Origin: Clostridiales bacterium
GTDB lineage: Bacteria; Bacillota; Clostridia; Oscillospirales; Oscillospiraceae
Assembly: GCA_022779365.1 (NCBI GenBank)
Contig: JALFSI010000015.1
Span: 13,698 to 77,697 of the forward strand
Direction: 5' to 3'
Length of the DNA stretch: 64,000 nucleotides
Part shown: positions 25,744 to 34,551 of the stretch, in pieces
How positions within the stretch are numbered: position 1 is the first letter of the stretch
Layout: the number at the start of each line of letters is the position of its first letter
The notes under the pieces: model-generated
What the model saw: only the letters and a program-made list of their open reading frames with translations
Told to the model about the DNA's origin: nothing
The model's database searches: none
Translations under genes and position numbers: made by a program

Positions 25744-26930
25744 AGCTCGTACCTCGCCAGCACATCCGCGATCACGCCGACGGCTTCGTCGATCAGCTCG
25801 TGCGTGTGGCTCGCCATCAGGCTCGTGCGAAGCAAACACTCATGCGGGGGCGCTGCGGGCGGCAGGGAGCTGTTGACATACACGCCGTTTTCGTAAAGCT
25901 CCTTGGCGATGGTGAGCGTGGGGATCTCCTCGTAGGTGTAGATGGGAATGATGGGGATGATGTCGCCGTTCGACGGGCGCATTTTGATGTTCTTTTCCGC
26001 GAGGCGGCGGCGCATATACAGCGCGTTTTCCTGTAATTTCGTCACCAGCTCCGGGTGCGCCTCGAGCTTGCGCAGCGCGGCGAGCGCGGCGGCGCAGTTT
26101 GCGGGCGGGATGGACGCGGAGAAGATGAACGGGCGGGAGGTATGGCGCACAAAATCCGTCACCTGCGCGCTTGCCGCCATGTAGCCGCCGAGCGACGCGA
26201 GTGACTTGGAGAACGTGCCCATGTAAATATCGACCTCGTCCTCCAGCCCGTAATAGCTCGCTGTGCCGCGCCCGCCGTCGCCGAGGACGCCGAGCCCGTG
26301 CGCATCGTCCACCATCACGCGCGCGCCGTACTGCTTGGCAAGGCGGCAAATTTCAGGCAGATTTGCGATGTCGCCGCCCATGGAGAACACGCCGTCGGTC
26401 ACGATCAGGCAGCCGCAGCCCTCCGGCACTTTTTGCAGCTTCTTTTCCAGGTCCGCCATATCGCTGTGGCGGAAGCGCAGCATCTGCCCGTAAGACAGGC
26501 GGCAGCCGTCGTAGAGGCTGGCGTGGTTCTCGCGGTCCATGATGACGTAGTCCTTCGGACCGACGATGGCGCTGATGATGCCGAGGTTCGACTGGAAGCC
26601 CGTGGAGAACGTCATCACGGCGTCCTTATGCAGAAACCTTGCCAGCTCCTCCTCCAGCTCCAGATGGAGCTTCAGCGTGCCGTTGAGAAAGCGCGAGCCG
26701 GAGCAGCCCGAGCCGAGCTCCATATATGCCTGCACGCCCGCCTCGATGACCTCCGGGTCGGTCGTGAGACCCAGATAGTTATTCGAGCCCAGCATGATGC
26801 GGCGCTTGCCCTCCATGATGACCTCGGTATCCTGCTTGGACTCGAGGGCGTGGAAATACGGATAGATGCCCAGCTCCTTGATCTGATCGGAGAGCTTGGG
26901 CTTGCTGCATTTTTCAAACAGGTCGATCAT
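25740..26930 (-). CDS. alpha-oxoamine synthase, serine palmitoyltransferase-like (PLP-dependent acyltransferase)
   Basis: Motifs MLGSNNYLGL, GSRFLNGT, NHASLYDG, DDAHGLG, PLP-lysine GTFSKSLASLGG, and YVNSSLPPAAP...LLRTSLMASHT. GAGGAGG RBS. Confidence 0.85.
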   Translation of the reverse strand: MIDLFEKCSKPKLSDQIKELGIYPYFHALESKQDTEVIMEGKRRIMLGSNNYLGLTTDPEVIEAGVQAYMELGSGCSGSRFLNGTLKLHLELEEELARFLHKDAVMTFSTGFQSNLGIISAIVGPKDYVIMDRENHASLYDGCRLSYGQMLRFRHSDMADLEKKLQKVPEGCGCLIVTDGVFSMGGDIANLPEICRLAKQYGARVMVDDAHGLGVLGDGGRGTASYYGLEDEVDIYMGTFSKSLASLGGYMAASAQVTDFVRHTSRPFIFSASIPPANCAAALAALRKLEAHPELVTKLQENALYMRRRLAEKNIKMRPSNGDIIPIIPIYTYEEIPTLTIAKELYENGVYVNSSLPPAAPPHECLLRTSLMASHTHELIDEAVGVIADVLARYEL

Positions 26931-27369
26931 TCGTTTGCTCCTCCTCTTCCATGTACCGCAGCAGCGAGTTGATCACACGCCCCGCCGCCGCGATCTCCTG
27001 TTCCGAATACTCCGTGCGCAGCGCGTCGATCGCCCGCCGGAGCGCCTGAGAGTCGCGCTGGAAATATCGGTCGTACTTCTCCCCCGTTTCCAGCCGGACC
27101 TCCCGCCGGTCACTTTCGGACACGCACTTGTGGACGTAGCCCTTCTGGACCAGACTGTTGACCTTGTAGGTCGCGTTTGGCTGTGAAATGCCGATGCACT
27201 CGGCAAATTGCGACAGCGTCGGCGCGCCGAGCAGATGGATCACATCCACCGAAAACGCCTCCGTTGCGCTCAGGCTGCCGCTTCGCTCGTGCACCGAGCC
27301 GAAAATGCGCCGGTAGCTGTCCAGCCGCAGCCAGCGGTACAGCCGCATGACCGTATCCTGAAATGCCAT
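26914..27369 (-). CDS. MarR-family transcriptional regulator
   Basis: Winged HTH (LSQFAECIGISQPNATYKVNSLVQKGYV...DRREVRL). GGAGGG lies 9 nt upstream of ATG 27369. Overlaps the spt-like start by 17 nt. Confidence 0.82.
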   Translation of the reverse strand: MAFQDTVMRLYRWLRLDSYRRIFGSVHERSGSLSATEAFSVDVIHLLGAPTLSQFAECIGISQPNATYKVNSLVQKGYVHKCVSESDRREVRLETGEKYDRYFQRDSQALRRAIDALRTEYSEQEIAAAGRVINSLLRYMEEEEQTNDRPV

Positions 27370-27429
27370 GTGGCGTTTCCCTCCATTCATTCAGAAATTT
27401 TATATAAAATTCTTTATGAACTTTTCACC

Positions 27430-27458
27430 AGTATAGTTCAGCGCTCCCGACTTGTCAA
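27430..27458 (-). promoter_or_regulatory. putative promoter of the MarR/spt-like/SDR operon
   Basis: Minus strand reads TTGACA - 17 nt - TATACT. An AT-rich imperfect inverted repeat (27393-27413) lies between the -10 and the RBS. Confidence 0.5.
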
Positions 27459-27522
27459 GAAAAATGTGCCGAACGCGAAAAAATGTGATATGATAGGGGC
27501 ACAACGAACTTGGAGGTTTATT

Positions 27523-28035
27523 ATGAAGGTCCTGGCGGTCATTGATATGCAGAATGATTTTATCTCCGGCGCGCTCGGCACGTTTGCCGCGCAGACGATC
27601 GTCCCGGTGGTGCGCCGCCGCATTGCCGAGGCGCGCGCGGCAGGCGACGCCGTTGTGTTTACGCTCGACACGCACACGAGCGCTTATCCGCAGACACAGG
27701 AGGGGCGCAAGCTCCCCGTGCCGCACTGCATCCGCGGGACGGACGGCTGGAAGCTGGAGAGCTCGCTGGACGCGACCGGCTGCCCGGTGTTTGAAAAGCC
27801 CGGCTTCGGCAGCCCGGCGCTCATCGAGTACCTCGAATCGCTGCCAGACCTGACGGAGGTGGAATTTGTCGGGCTGTGCACCGACATCTGTGTCATCACG
27901 AACGCGATGATGCTCAAGGGCGCGCTGCCCGAGGTCGCCATCAGCGTGCGGGCAAATGCCTGCGCGGGCGTCACGCCGGAGAGTCACGAAACAGCGCTCG
28001 CCGCCATGAAAATGTGCCAGATCGAGATCTTATGA
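27523..28035 (+). CDS. cysteine hydrolase (isochorismatase/nicotinamidase family)
   Basis: VIDMQNDF motif and catalytic Cys in GLCTDICV. GGAGG RBS. 170 aa. Confidence 0.84.
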   Translation: MKVLAVIDMQNDFISGALGTFAAQTIVPVVRRRIAEARAAGDAVVFTLDTHTSAYPQTQEGRKLPVPHCIRGTDGWKLESSLDATGCPVFEKPGFGSPALIEYLESLPDLTEVEFVGLCTDICVITNAMMLKGALPEVAISVRANACAGVTPESHETALAAMKMCQIEIL

Positions 28036-28036
28036 G

Positions 28037-28070
28037 AAAAGCCGCCCGTTTTCGGGCGGCTTTCGTCTTT
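28037..28070. terminator. bidirectional intrinsic terminator
   Basis: Stem gccgcccg / cgggcggc with loop tttt, flanked by A- and T-runs, between convergent genes. Confidence 0.65.
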
Positions 28071-29086
28071 TAGAGATACGGTTTGAGCTTTTCGATCAGT
28101 GCGGCGCGGGCCGCCTCATCCAGAAACGCCGCTTCAGCGGCGTAAATGTTCATCTGCACGAGATCGCGGCGGGTAAAGCCCATCTCGTTCAGGCAGTGGC
28201 AGTATTCCTCATCCAGCGTCGTGGCGGCGAGGGTCATGTTGTCGGTGCTGATCGTCACGCGCAGCCCGGCATCCAGCAGCCTTTTTGCCGGATGCCCGGC
28301 GTAGGACGGCTGCGTCTTGCACTGGATGTTGCTCGTAGGGCAGACCTCCAGCGTCACGCCCGCGTCGATCGCGCGCTGCCAGAGAGACGGGTCGTCATAG
28401 ATGTGATGTCCGTGCCCGAGGCGCTTTGCGCCGAAGTCCAGCGCGTCGCGCACGGTGTCAGGTCCTTGCGAGTCGCCGGCGTGGCAGGTGAACGGCACGT
28501 CCAGCTCGCGCGCAAGATCGAACACGGGGTGGAAATTGTGCAGCGGCACGATCCCCTCCGCACCCGCAAGGTCGAGTCCGGCGACGCCTTTTCCGAGATA
28601 TTCCTTCACGAGCCGCACGGTTTCGAGATTTTCCGCCATGTTGACGGTTTCAGGGCCGACGGACATCGCGCACAGCAGAATGCCGCAGCCGTAGCCCGGA
28701 TGGCGCGCAAGCGCCATCCGCCGCCCTTCCAGCACCGCCTCCACGGCGTCCCGCTGGGTCATCCCGGCGCGCTTGTGGAGCTGCGGCGCGAAGCGCACCT
28801 CGTCATACGCGTGCCCCTGCGCGGCGAGGGTATCCAGTACGGCGGCTGTGATGCGCGTCAGGCTCGCGGCGTCCTGCATAATTTGCAGCGGCAGCTCAAA
28901 GCGCTCCAGATAGGTGTTCACATCGCGGCAGTCCGCCGTTTTTTGAAGCCAGACGCGAAAGTCCTCCAAAGACTCCGTCGGCAGCGCCACGCCCTGCTCC
29001 TTTGCCATGCTCCACATCAGCTCCGGCGGCACTGCGCCGTCCAGATGCAGGTGCAGCTCGATTTTCGGAAAGTCAAATTTGTCCAT
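28070..29086 (-). CDS. add: adenosine deaminase
   Basis: IELHLHLDGA, HAGD/HAGE-type site and STDN motifs. AAGGAG lies 8 nt upstream of ATG 29086. Confidence 0.9.
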   Translation of the reverse strand: MDKFDFPKIELHLHLDGAVPPELMWSMAKEQGVALPTESLEDFRVWLQKTADCRDVNTYLERFELPLQIMQDAASLTRITAAVLDTLAAQGHAYDEVRFAPQLHKRAGMTQRDAVEAVLEGRRMALARHPGYGCGILLCAMSVGPETVNMAENLETVRLVKEYLGKGVAGLDLAGAEGIVPLHNFHPVFDLARELDVPFTCHAGDSQGPDTVRDALDFGAKRLGHGHHIYDDPSLWQRAIDAGVTLEVCPTSNIQCKTQPSYAGHPAKRLLDAGLRVTISTDNMTLAATTLDEEYCHCLNEMGFTRRDLVQMNIYAAEAAFLDEAARAALIEKLKPYL

Positions 29087-29114
29087 CCCGCACGCTCCTT
29101 TTGTCGTTTTTGTT

Positions 29115-29144
29115 ATTATAGTGTCCGCGAGCAAAAAACGTCAA
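29115..29144 (-). promoter_or_regulatory. putative add promoter
   Basis: Minus strand reads TTGACG - 18 nt - TATAAT. Confidence 0.5.
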
Positions 29145-29202
29145 GTCCCCGCTTCCGGGCGCACGTTTTTTTTGCTGTCAACAAAAAAATTTTGCAATTG
29201 TG

Positions 29203-29231
29203 TTGACAAAAATGCGTGCAAAGCGTAAAAT
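29203..29231 (+). promoter_or_regulatory. putative promoter of the nucleoside ABC operon
   Basis: Consensus TTGACA - 17 nt - TAAAAT, 57 nt upstream of the ATG. Confidence 0.6.
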
Positions 29232-29287
29232 TAGACCATGCCAAATGGCATAAAAATCTGTGAGAAATCACAAATGGAGGAACAAAA

Positions 29288-30505
29288 ATGAAAAAGTTCA
29301 TCGCTCTCCTTCTTGCAGTCGTGATGGTCCTCGGTCTGGTCGCCTGTGCGTCCGGCACCAAGGATACTGCAGAAAAGGACACCGCCGCTCCGGCTACCGA
29401 CGCTCCGGCTACCGACGCTCCCGCTGCCGACGATGCTCCCGCGACCGACGCTCCCGCTGCTGAGACCCCCGCTGCCGAGGGCACGAAGGTCTACAACGTT
29501 GCCTACCTCGTCAACGGCAACCTGGGCGACAAGTCCTTCTTCGACTCCGCCGAGGCTGGTCTGGAGACTCTGAGAGACGACGGCCGCATCACCCTGCGCA
29601 CCATCGAGATGGGCGGCACGGAGGAAGATCAGGCTTCCTGGCAGTCCAACCTGGACGAGGTCGCCGCTTCCGAAGAGTATGACATCATCATCTGCGGTAC
29701 TTATCAGATGCCCGACTACCTGCAGGCAGTCGCCACCAAGTACCCGGATCAGAAGTTCATCATTTTCGACGACAACACCCATGTCGGCGAGAACAGCAAC
29801 GTTCTGAACATCACCTACAAGCAGAATGACCTCGGCTTCATCGTCGGCGTTTTCGCTGCCAACATGACTGTTGACACCAACGTCGCCAACATGAACTCCG
29901 ACGCCGTCCTCGGCTTTGTCGGCGGCATCGATTCCCCGGTCATCAACGACTTCCTGCTCGGCTACATCGAGGGCGCGCAGTATGTCAACCCCGACATCAA
30001 GATCGACACCCGTTACACCGGCAACTATATCGACACTGCCATCGCCAAGGAATACGCGCTGTCCATGATCAACGACAACAAGTGCGACATCATCTGGGGC
30101 GTGGCTGGCAACTCCGGCAACGGCGCGGCGGAAGCTGCTCTGGAAACCGGCAAGGCATGGTTCATCGGCGTTGACTCCGATCAGGAGCTGACCTTCTCCC
30201 CGGATCTGGCTGCTCTGACGCTGACCTCGGGTCTGAAGAACATCGGCAACTCCCTCATCTGGGTCTTTGACCAGCTTGATGCGGGCAAGGAATACTGGGG
30301 CACTGAGATCTCCCTCGGCGTTGCAGAGGGCGGCGTCGGTGTTGTGACCGACAAGAACTACAACACCTACGCTTCTGCGGATGTCAAGGCTGCTGTTGAC
30401 GCTGCGATCGCCGGCATTCTCGACGGCTCCATCGTTGTTGACTCCGCTCTGACCGAGGCTGGCGCTGCGAAGGTCGCCGAGCTGAGAGAGGCTGTCCGTC
30501 CGTAA
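29288..30505 (+). CDS. BMP-family (PnrA/Med/TmpC-like) nucleoside-binding ABC substrate-binding lipoprotein
   Basis: Signal peptide with lipobox MKKFIALLLAVVMVLGLVAC, a PA(T/A)D repeat linker and a Bmp-type body (FVGGIDSPVINDF, GVDSDQ). Confidence 0.9.
   Translation: MKKFIALLLAVVMVLGLVACASGTKDTAEKDTAAPATDAPATDAPAADDAPATDAPAAETPAAEGTKVYNVAYLVNGNLGDKSFFDSAEAGLETLRDDGRITLRTIEMGGTEEDQASWQSNLDEVAASEEYDIIICGTYQMPDYLQAVATKYPDQKFIIFDDNTHVGENSNVLNITYKQNDLGFIVGVFAANMTVDTNVANMNSDAVLGFVGGIDSPVINDFLLGYIEGAQYVNPDIKIDTRYTGNYIDTAIAKEYALSMINDNKCDIIWGVAGNSGNGAAEAALETGKAWFIGVDSDQELTFSPDLAALTLTSGLKNIGNSLIWVFDQLDAGKEYWGTEISLGVAEGGVGVVTDKNYNTYASADVKAAVDAAIAGILDGSIVVDSALTEAGAAKVAELREAVRP
29387..29479 (+). repeat. 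tandem about 15-nt coding repeats (APATD pentapeptide linker)
   Basis: gctccggctaccgac occurs twice, followed by diverged units. They encode APATDAPATDAPAADDAPATDAPAAETPAAE. Confidence 0.8.
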
Positions 30506-30542
30506 GTGAAAACCAAAGCGAAGAGTATATTCTGAGCTTAAC

Positions 30543-30573
30543 CAACGAGGGGGCTCTTGCAGCCCCCTCGTTG
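30543..30573 (+). other. intercistronic stem-loop after the SBP gene
   Basis: 13-bp stem caacgagggggct / agccccctcgttg with loop cttgc and no clear U-tract. Confidence 0.5.
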
Positions 30574-30585
30574 CCTATTTAAATG

Positions 30586-30620
30586 ACCTCGTAGAGTTTT
30601 GCGCCCGCAGGCGCAAAATA
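30586..30620. repeat. REP-like repeat, copy 1 of module B
   Basis: acctcgtagagttttgcgcccgcaggcgcaaaata matches the reverse complement of 48155-48188. Confidence 0.5.
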
Positions 30621-30741
30621 AAATTTTGGGCGGCAGGCGCTTCTGCCTGTGGAGCACACAAGCTGCACAGCTTGTATCCCCCGCAGACAGAATTGACGCT
30701 GTTGTTAGAACGAGAGAAACTGATCACAGGAGGTTTGGAAA

Positions 30742-32322
30742 ATGCCAAACGAACAAACGGCGCGTCCGGGCGAAGAATATGTCGTCCAGATGAAGGGGAT
30801 CACCAAGGTGTATCCCAACGGCGTCGCCGCCAACCAGAACGTGGACCTGTTCGTCCGTAAGGGCGAGATCCACGCGCTGATGGGCGAAAACGGCGCCGGC
30901 AAGTCCACACTGATGAAAATGCTGTTCGGATTGGAGCAGCCCACCAGCGGTGAGATCGTCATTGGCGGCGAGCCGCTGAGCCTGTCGTCCCCGTCAGTCG
31001 CCATCGCGCACGGCATCGGCATGGTGCACCAGCACTTCATGCTCGTGCCCAGCCTGACGGTCGCGGAAAACATGGTGCTCGGCATGGTCCCGAAAAAAGC
31101 CATGTTCATCGACCAGGCAAAGGCGATCGAGATCACCCGCGAATACGCCGAGCGCTTCAACCTCCATGTTGAGCCGGAGGCAAAGGTCGCGGACATCCCC
31201 GTCGGCATGAAGCAGAAGGTCGAAATTCTCAAGGCGCTCGTGCGCGGCGCAAAGATCCTCATCCTCGACGAGCCGACCGCCGTTCTGACCACGCAGGAAA
31301 CGCGCGAGCTCTTTAAGGAGCTTATCAGCCTTAAGGATCAGGGCTACACCATCATCTTTATCTCCCACAAGCTCAACGAGATCATGGAGATCACCGACCG
31401 CCTGACCATCCTGCGCGGCGGTCGCAGCATGGGCGTTTACAACACCAAGGACGTCACGAAAGAAGAAATTTCCCGCCTGATGGTCGGGCGCGACGTCGTG
31501 CTGAGTCTCCAGAAGGATAGGGCACAGCCTACCGACACGGTGCTGCGCGTGCGCGATCTGGAATACGTCAACGAGTGGGGCAAGAAAATGCTCGACAAGG
31601 TCTCGTTCGACGTGCGCCGCGGTGAAATTCTCGGTATCGCGGGCGTGGAGGGCAACGGTCAGAAAGAGCTGGTCGATATGCTCTTCCACTTTAACGAGCC
31701 GGACTCCGGCAGCATGAGCGTATGCGGCAAGTCGATCAATGGCTGCTCGCAGCGTGCGCTGCGTGAAATGGGCGTTGCGCTCGTTCCGGAAGATCGTATG
31801 CTCTTCGGCATCGCCTCAACAGCGTCGATTGAGGAAAACATCATCTCTGACCGCTCCGGCGCAAAGCGTCTGAATAACGGACCTCTGTTTAACATGAAGG
31901 CGATCCACGCCGAGTCCGAGCAGCTCGTCAAGGAATTTACCGTGCTCTGCAAATCCCCGCAGCAGCAGGTCGGGATGCTCTCCGGCGGCAACATCCAGAA
32001 GGTCGTCGTCGCCCGTGAGTTCTCCAGCGACCCGGTGCTCATCCTTGCCGACCAGCCCACACGCGGCATCGACGTCGGCGCGACGGAGTTCATCCGCAAA
32101 AAGCTGGTGGATCTGTCCCGCTCGGGCATCGCCGTGCTGCTCGTCTCCGCCGACCTCAACGAGGTCATGGAGCTTTCCGACAGCCTGATCGTCATGCATA
32201 ACGGTCATATCGCCGCCTACTTTGAAGATACCTCTGACCTGTCCGATGAATTTATGGGTGAGTATATGCTGGGTCTCAAGCAGCAGGACGAGGCGGAGAT
32301 CAGGAGGGTTTGCCATGACTAA
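30742..32322 (+). CDS. ABC transporter ATP-binding protein, duplicated ATPase (nucleoside/sugar CUT2 type)
   Basis: Two NBDs: Walker A GENGAGKST, signatures such as LSGGNIQKV, and Walker B ILILDEPT / LILADQPT. AGGAGG RBS. Confidence 0.92.
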   Translation: MPNEQTARPGEEYVVQMKGITKVYPNGVAANQNVDLFVRKGEIHALMGENGAGKSTLMKMLFGLEQPTSGEIVIGGEPLSLSSPSVAIAHGIGMVHQHFMLVPSLTVAENMVLGMVPKKAMFIDQAKAIEITREYAERFNLHVEPEAKVADIPVGMKQKVEILKALVRGAKILILDEPTAVLTTQETRELFKELISLKDQGYTIIFISHKLNEIMEITDRLTILRGGRSMGVYNTKDVTKEEISRLMVGRDVVLSLQKDRAQPTDTVLRVRDLEYVNEWGKKMLDKVSFDVRRGEILGIAGVEGNGQKELVDMLFHFNEPDSGSMSVCGKSINGCSQRALREMGVALVPEDRMLFGIASTASIEENIISDRSGAKRLNNGPLFNMKAIHAESEQLVKEFTVLCKSPQQQVGMLSGGNIQKVVVAREFSSDPVLILADQPTRGIDVGATEFIRKKLVDLSRSGIAVLLVSADLNEVMELSDSLIVMHNGHIAAYFEDTSDLSDEFMGEYMLGLKQQDEAEIRRVCHD

Positions 32323-33478
32323 GAAACGCCAATTTGTATTTTCGCTCGTCCGCGGCGCGCTGGCGGTCTTCATCGCGCTGCTGGTCGCAGCCGTGCTGAT
32401 CTTCATCAGCGCCGACGGGGAAACGCTGGCAGATAAATTTGCCCTCACCGGCAACGCGCTCAAGCAGCTCCTGATCGGTCCGCTGTTCAAAACGAACTCC
32501 GCCGGTGAGATCGGCGCATTCCAGTTCAAGCGTCTGACCGACGTGCTCGCTTCTATGATCCCCACGATCTTCACGGCGCTGTCCGTGTGCGTGATGTTCT
32601 CCGCCAACCAGTTCAACCTTGGCGCGGAGGGCGGCTGTATGCTCGGCGGCTTTGCCGGCGGCATGATCGCCGTGTATGTGCCGATGGCAGCGGGGCTGCA
32701 CCCCCTCGTCTGCATCCTCTGCGGCGGCATCACCTGTGCGCTCATCATGCTCATTCCGGCGGTCCTCAAGGCGCGGCTGGACGTGAGCGAAATGGTTTGC
32801 TCGCTGATGCTCAACTACATCATCATGTATGTCATCAAGTTCCTGATGAATACGTTCATCGCCGACAAATCCAAGGGGCAGGTGCAGTCGAGCGCCTTCT
32901 TCGAGACGGCAAAGCTCCCCCAGCTCGTTGACAACGGCTCGATGCTCTCCGTCGGCTTCCTCATCGCGATCGTTATGGTCGTGCTGATAGGGCTGTTCAT
33001 GTACCGCACCCGCTGGGGCTATGCCATCCGCATGATCGGCATCAACCAGGACTTTGCGATGTATTCCGGCATGGATGTCGCCGGCATCATCGTCCTCAGC
33101 CAGGTCATCGGCGGCTTCCTCGCCGGTATGGGCGGCTCGATCGAGGTGCTCGGGCGCTTCTCCTACTACAACTGGACGTCCCTCCCCGGTTACGGCTGGA
33201 CGGGCGTGACCATCGCCATTCTGGCGGGCAACAACCCGCTGTATGTGCCGCTGGCATCGTTCTTTATGGCATACCTCACCAAGGGCTGCGCGCTGATGTC
33301 CACCTACGCCGAGGTCCCGGCGCAGCTCATCGACATCGTGCAGGGCGTCATCTTCCTGTTCTTCGCCGCCGAGCAGTTCCTGGCAAAGTACCGCCAGAAG
33401 CTCGTGGTGCGCACCGCGCAGGAGGAGCTCGCCAAGAAAGCCGCTGCCAGTCAGGAAGGAGGCGCTGTAAATGCTTAA
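32315..33478 (+). CDS. ABC transporter permease (BMP/nucleoside system, first permease)
   Basis: Polytopic membrane protein. CAGGAGGG RBS. Overlaps the ATPase stop by 8 nt. Confidence 0.86.
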   Translation: MTKKRQFVFSLVRGALAVFIALLVAAVLIFISADGETLADKFALTGNALKQLLIGPLFKTNSAGEIGAFQFKRLTDVLASMIPTIFTALSVCVMFSANQFNLGAEGGCMLGGFAGGMIAVYVPMAAGLHPLVCILCGGITCALIMLIPAVLKARLDVSEMVCSLMLNYIIMYVIKFLMNTFIADKSKGQVQSSAFFETAKLPQLVDNGSMLSVGFLIAIVMVVLIGLFMYRTRWGYAIRMIGINQDFAMYSGMDVAGIIVLSQVIGGFLAGMGGSIEVLGRFSYYNWTSLPGYGWTGVTIAILAGNNPLYVPLASFFMAYLTKGCALMSTYAEVPAQLIDIVQGVIFLFFAAEQFLAKYRQKLVVRTAQEELAKKAAASQEGGAVNA

Positions 33479-34451
33479 TTTTCTGAAAATGCTTGCAACG
33501 CCGGAGTTCTTCTTCTCGATCATCCGCATTTCCGCGCCGATCTTGTTTGCAACGCTCGGCGCGATCGTGGTCGAAAAGGCGGGCTTCTGCAACCTGGGTC
33601 TCGAAGGTCTGATGATGTTCTCGGCGCTTGCCGGCTCGCTCGTCAGCTACTACGCCAGCAGTTGGCTCTGGGGTCTGCTCGCCGCGCTCATCGTGGGCAC
33701 AGGTCTGGCGCTGATGATGGGCTTCTTCGCCTTTAAGCTCCGCACGAACATCACCATGGTCGGCATCGCCGTCAATATGATGGGCTCGGGCGGTACGCTC
33801 TTCCTCTGCAAGGTCATCACCAACCTCACCGAGGGCAAGGCGATGGCGTCCTCGACGGGTCTGATCACCAAGGCGCTGTGCATCCCCGACATCCAGATCC
33901 CGCTGCTGAACAAAATTCCGTTCCTCGGGGGGATCATCTCCGGGCACAGCCTGCTGACGTATCTGGCGTTCATCCTGTGCTACGTCACGTTTGTCATCCT
34001 GTATAAGACGAGCCTTGGTCTCAACATCCGCGCGGTCGGCGAGAACCCCAACGCGGCATCCTCCGTCGGCGTGTCGGTGCTGAAGATCAAATACATCGCC
34101 ATCGCCTACTCGGGTCTTATGGCAGGCTTCGGCGGCGCGTTCATGTCGATGTCCTACGCCCAGGGCTGGAGTCTTGACATGGTCGCCGGACGCGGCTTCA
34201 TCGCGCTGGCGGCGCAGGCAATGGGCAGCGGCGAATGTCTGGGCGGTATGCTCTCGTCGCTGATCTTCGGCTTCGCGCAGGCGCTCGGCATCAAGTTCTC
34301 GGCGATCGGTCTGGATTCCAACCTTGCCTCGCCGATCCCCTACGCCGTGACCATCATCGGTCTGCTGATCTTCGCGCTTGCGCAGCGCAGGGGCGGCAAG
34401 CGGCGCAATACCGCCAGCCTCAAAAAGGCTGCGGCAAAGGCAGCAAAATAA
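33471..34451 (+). CDS. ABC transporter permease (BMP/nucleoside system, second permease)
   Basis: Polytopic membrane protein. Overlaps the upstream permease by 8 nt. Confidence 0.86.
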   Translation: MLNFLKMLATPEFFFSIIRISAPILFATLGAIVVEKAGFCNLGLEGLMMFSALAGSLVSYYASSWLWGLLAALIVGTGLALMMGFFAFKLRTNITMVGIAVNMMGSGGTLFLCKVITNLTEGKAMASSTGLITKALCIPDIQIPLLNKIPFLGGIISGHSLLTYLAFILCYVTFVILYKTSLGLNIRAVGENPNAASSVGVSVLKIKYIAIAYSGLMAGFGGAFMSMSYAQGWSLDMVAGRGFIALAAQAMGSGECLGGMLSSLIFGFAQALGIKFSAIGLDSNLASPIPYAVTIIGLLIFALAQRRGGKRRNTASLKKAAAKAAK

Positions 34452-34551
34452 ACGTATTCACAAGGGCTGCCTGCAATTGCAGGCAGCCTTTGGCGTTTCA
34501 AAGCACGAGCTTGAAGCGCCTTTATAAAAGCCTGAGATTCTGGAGGTACAC

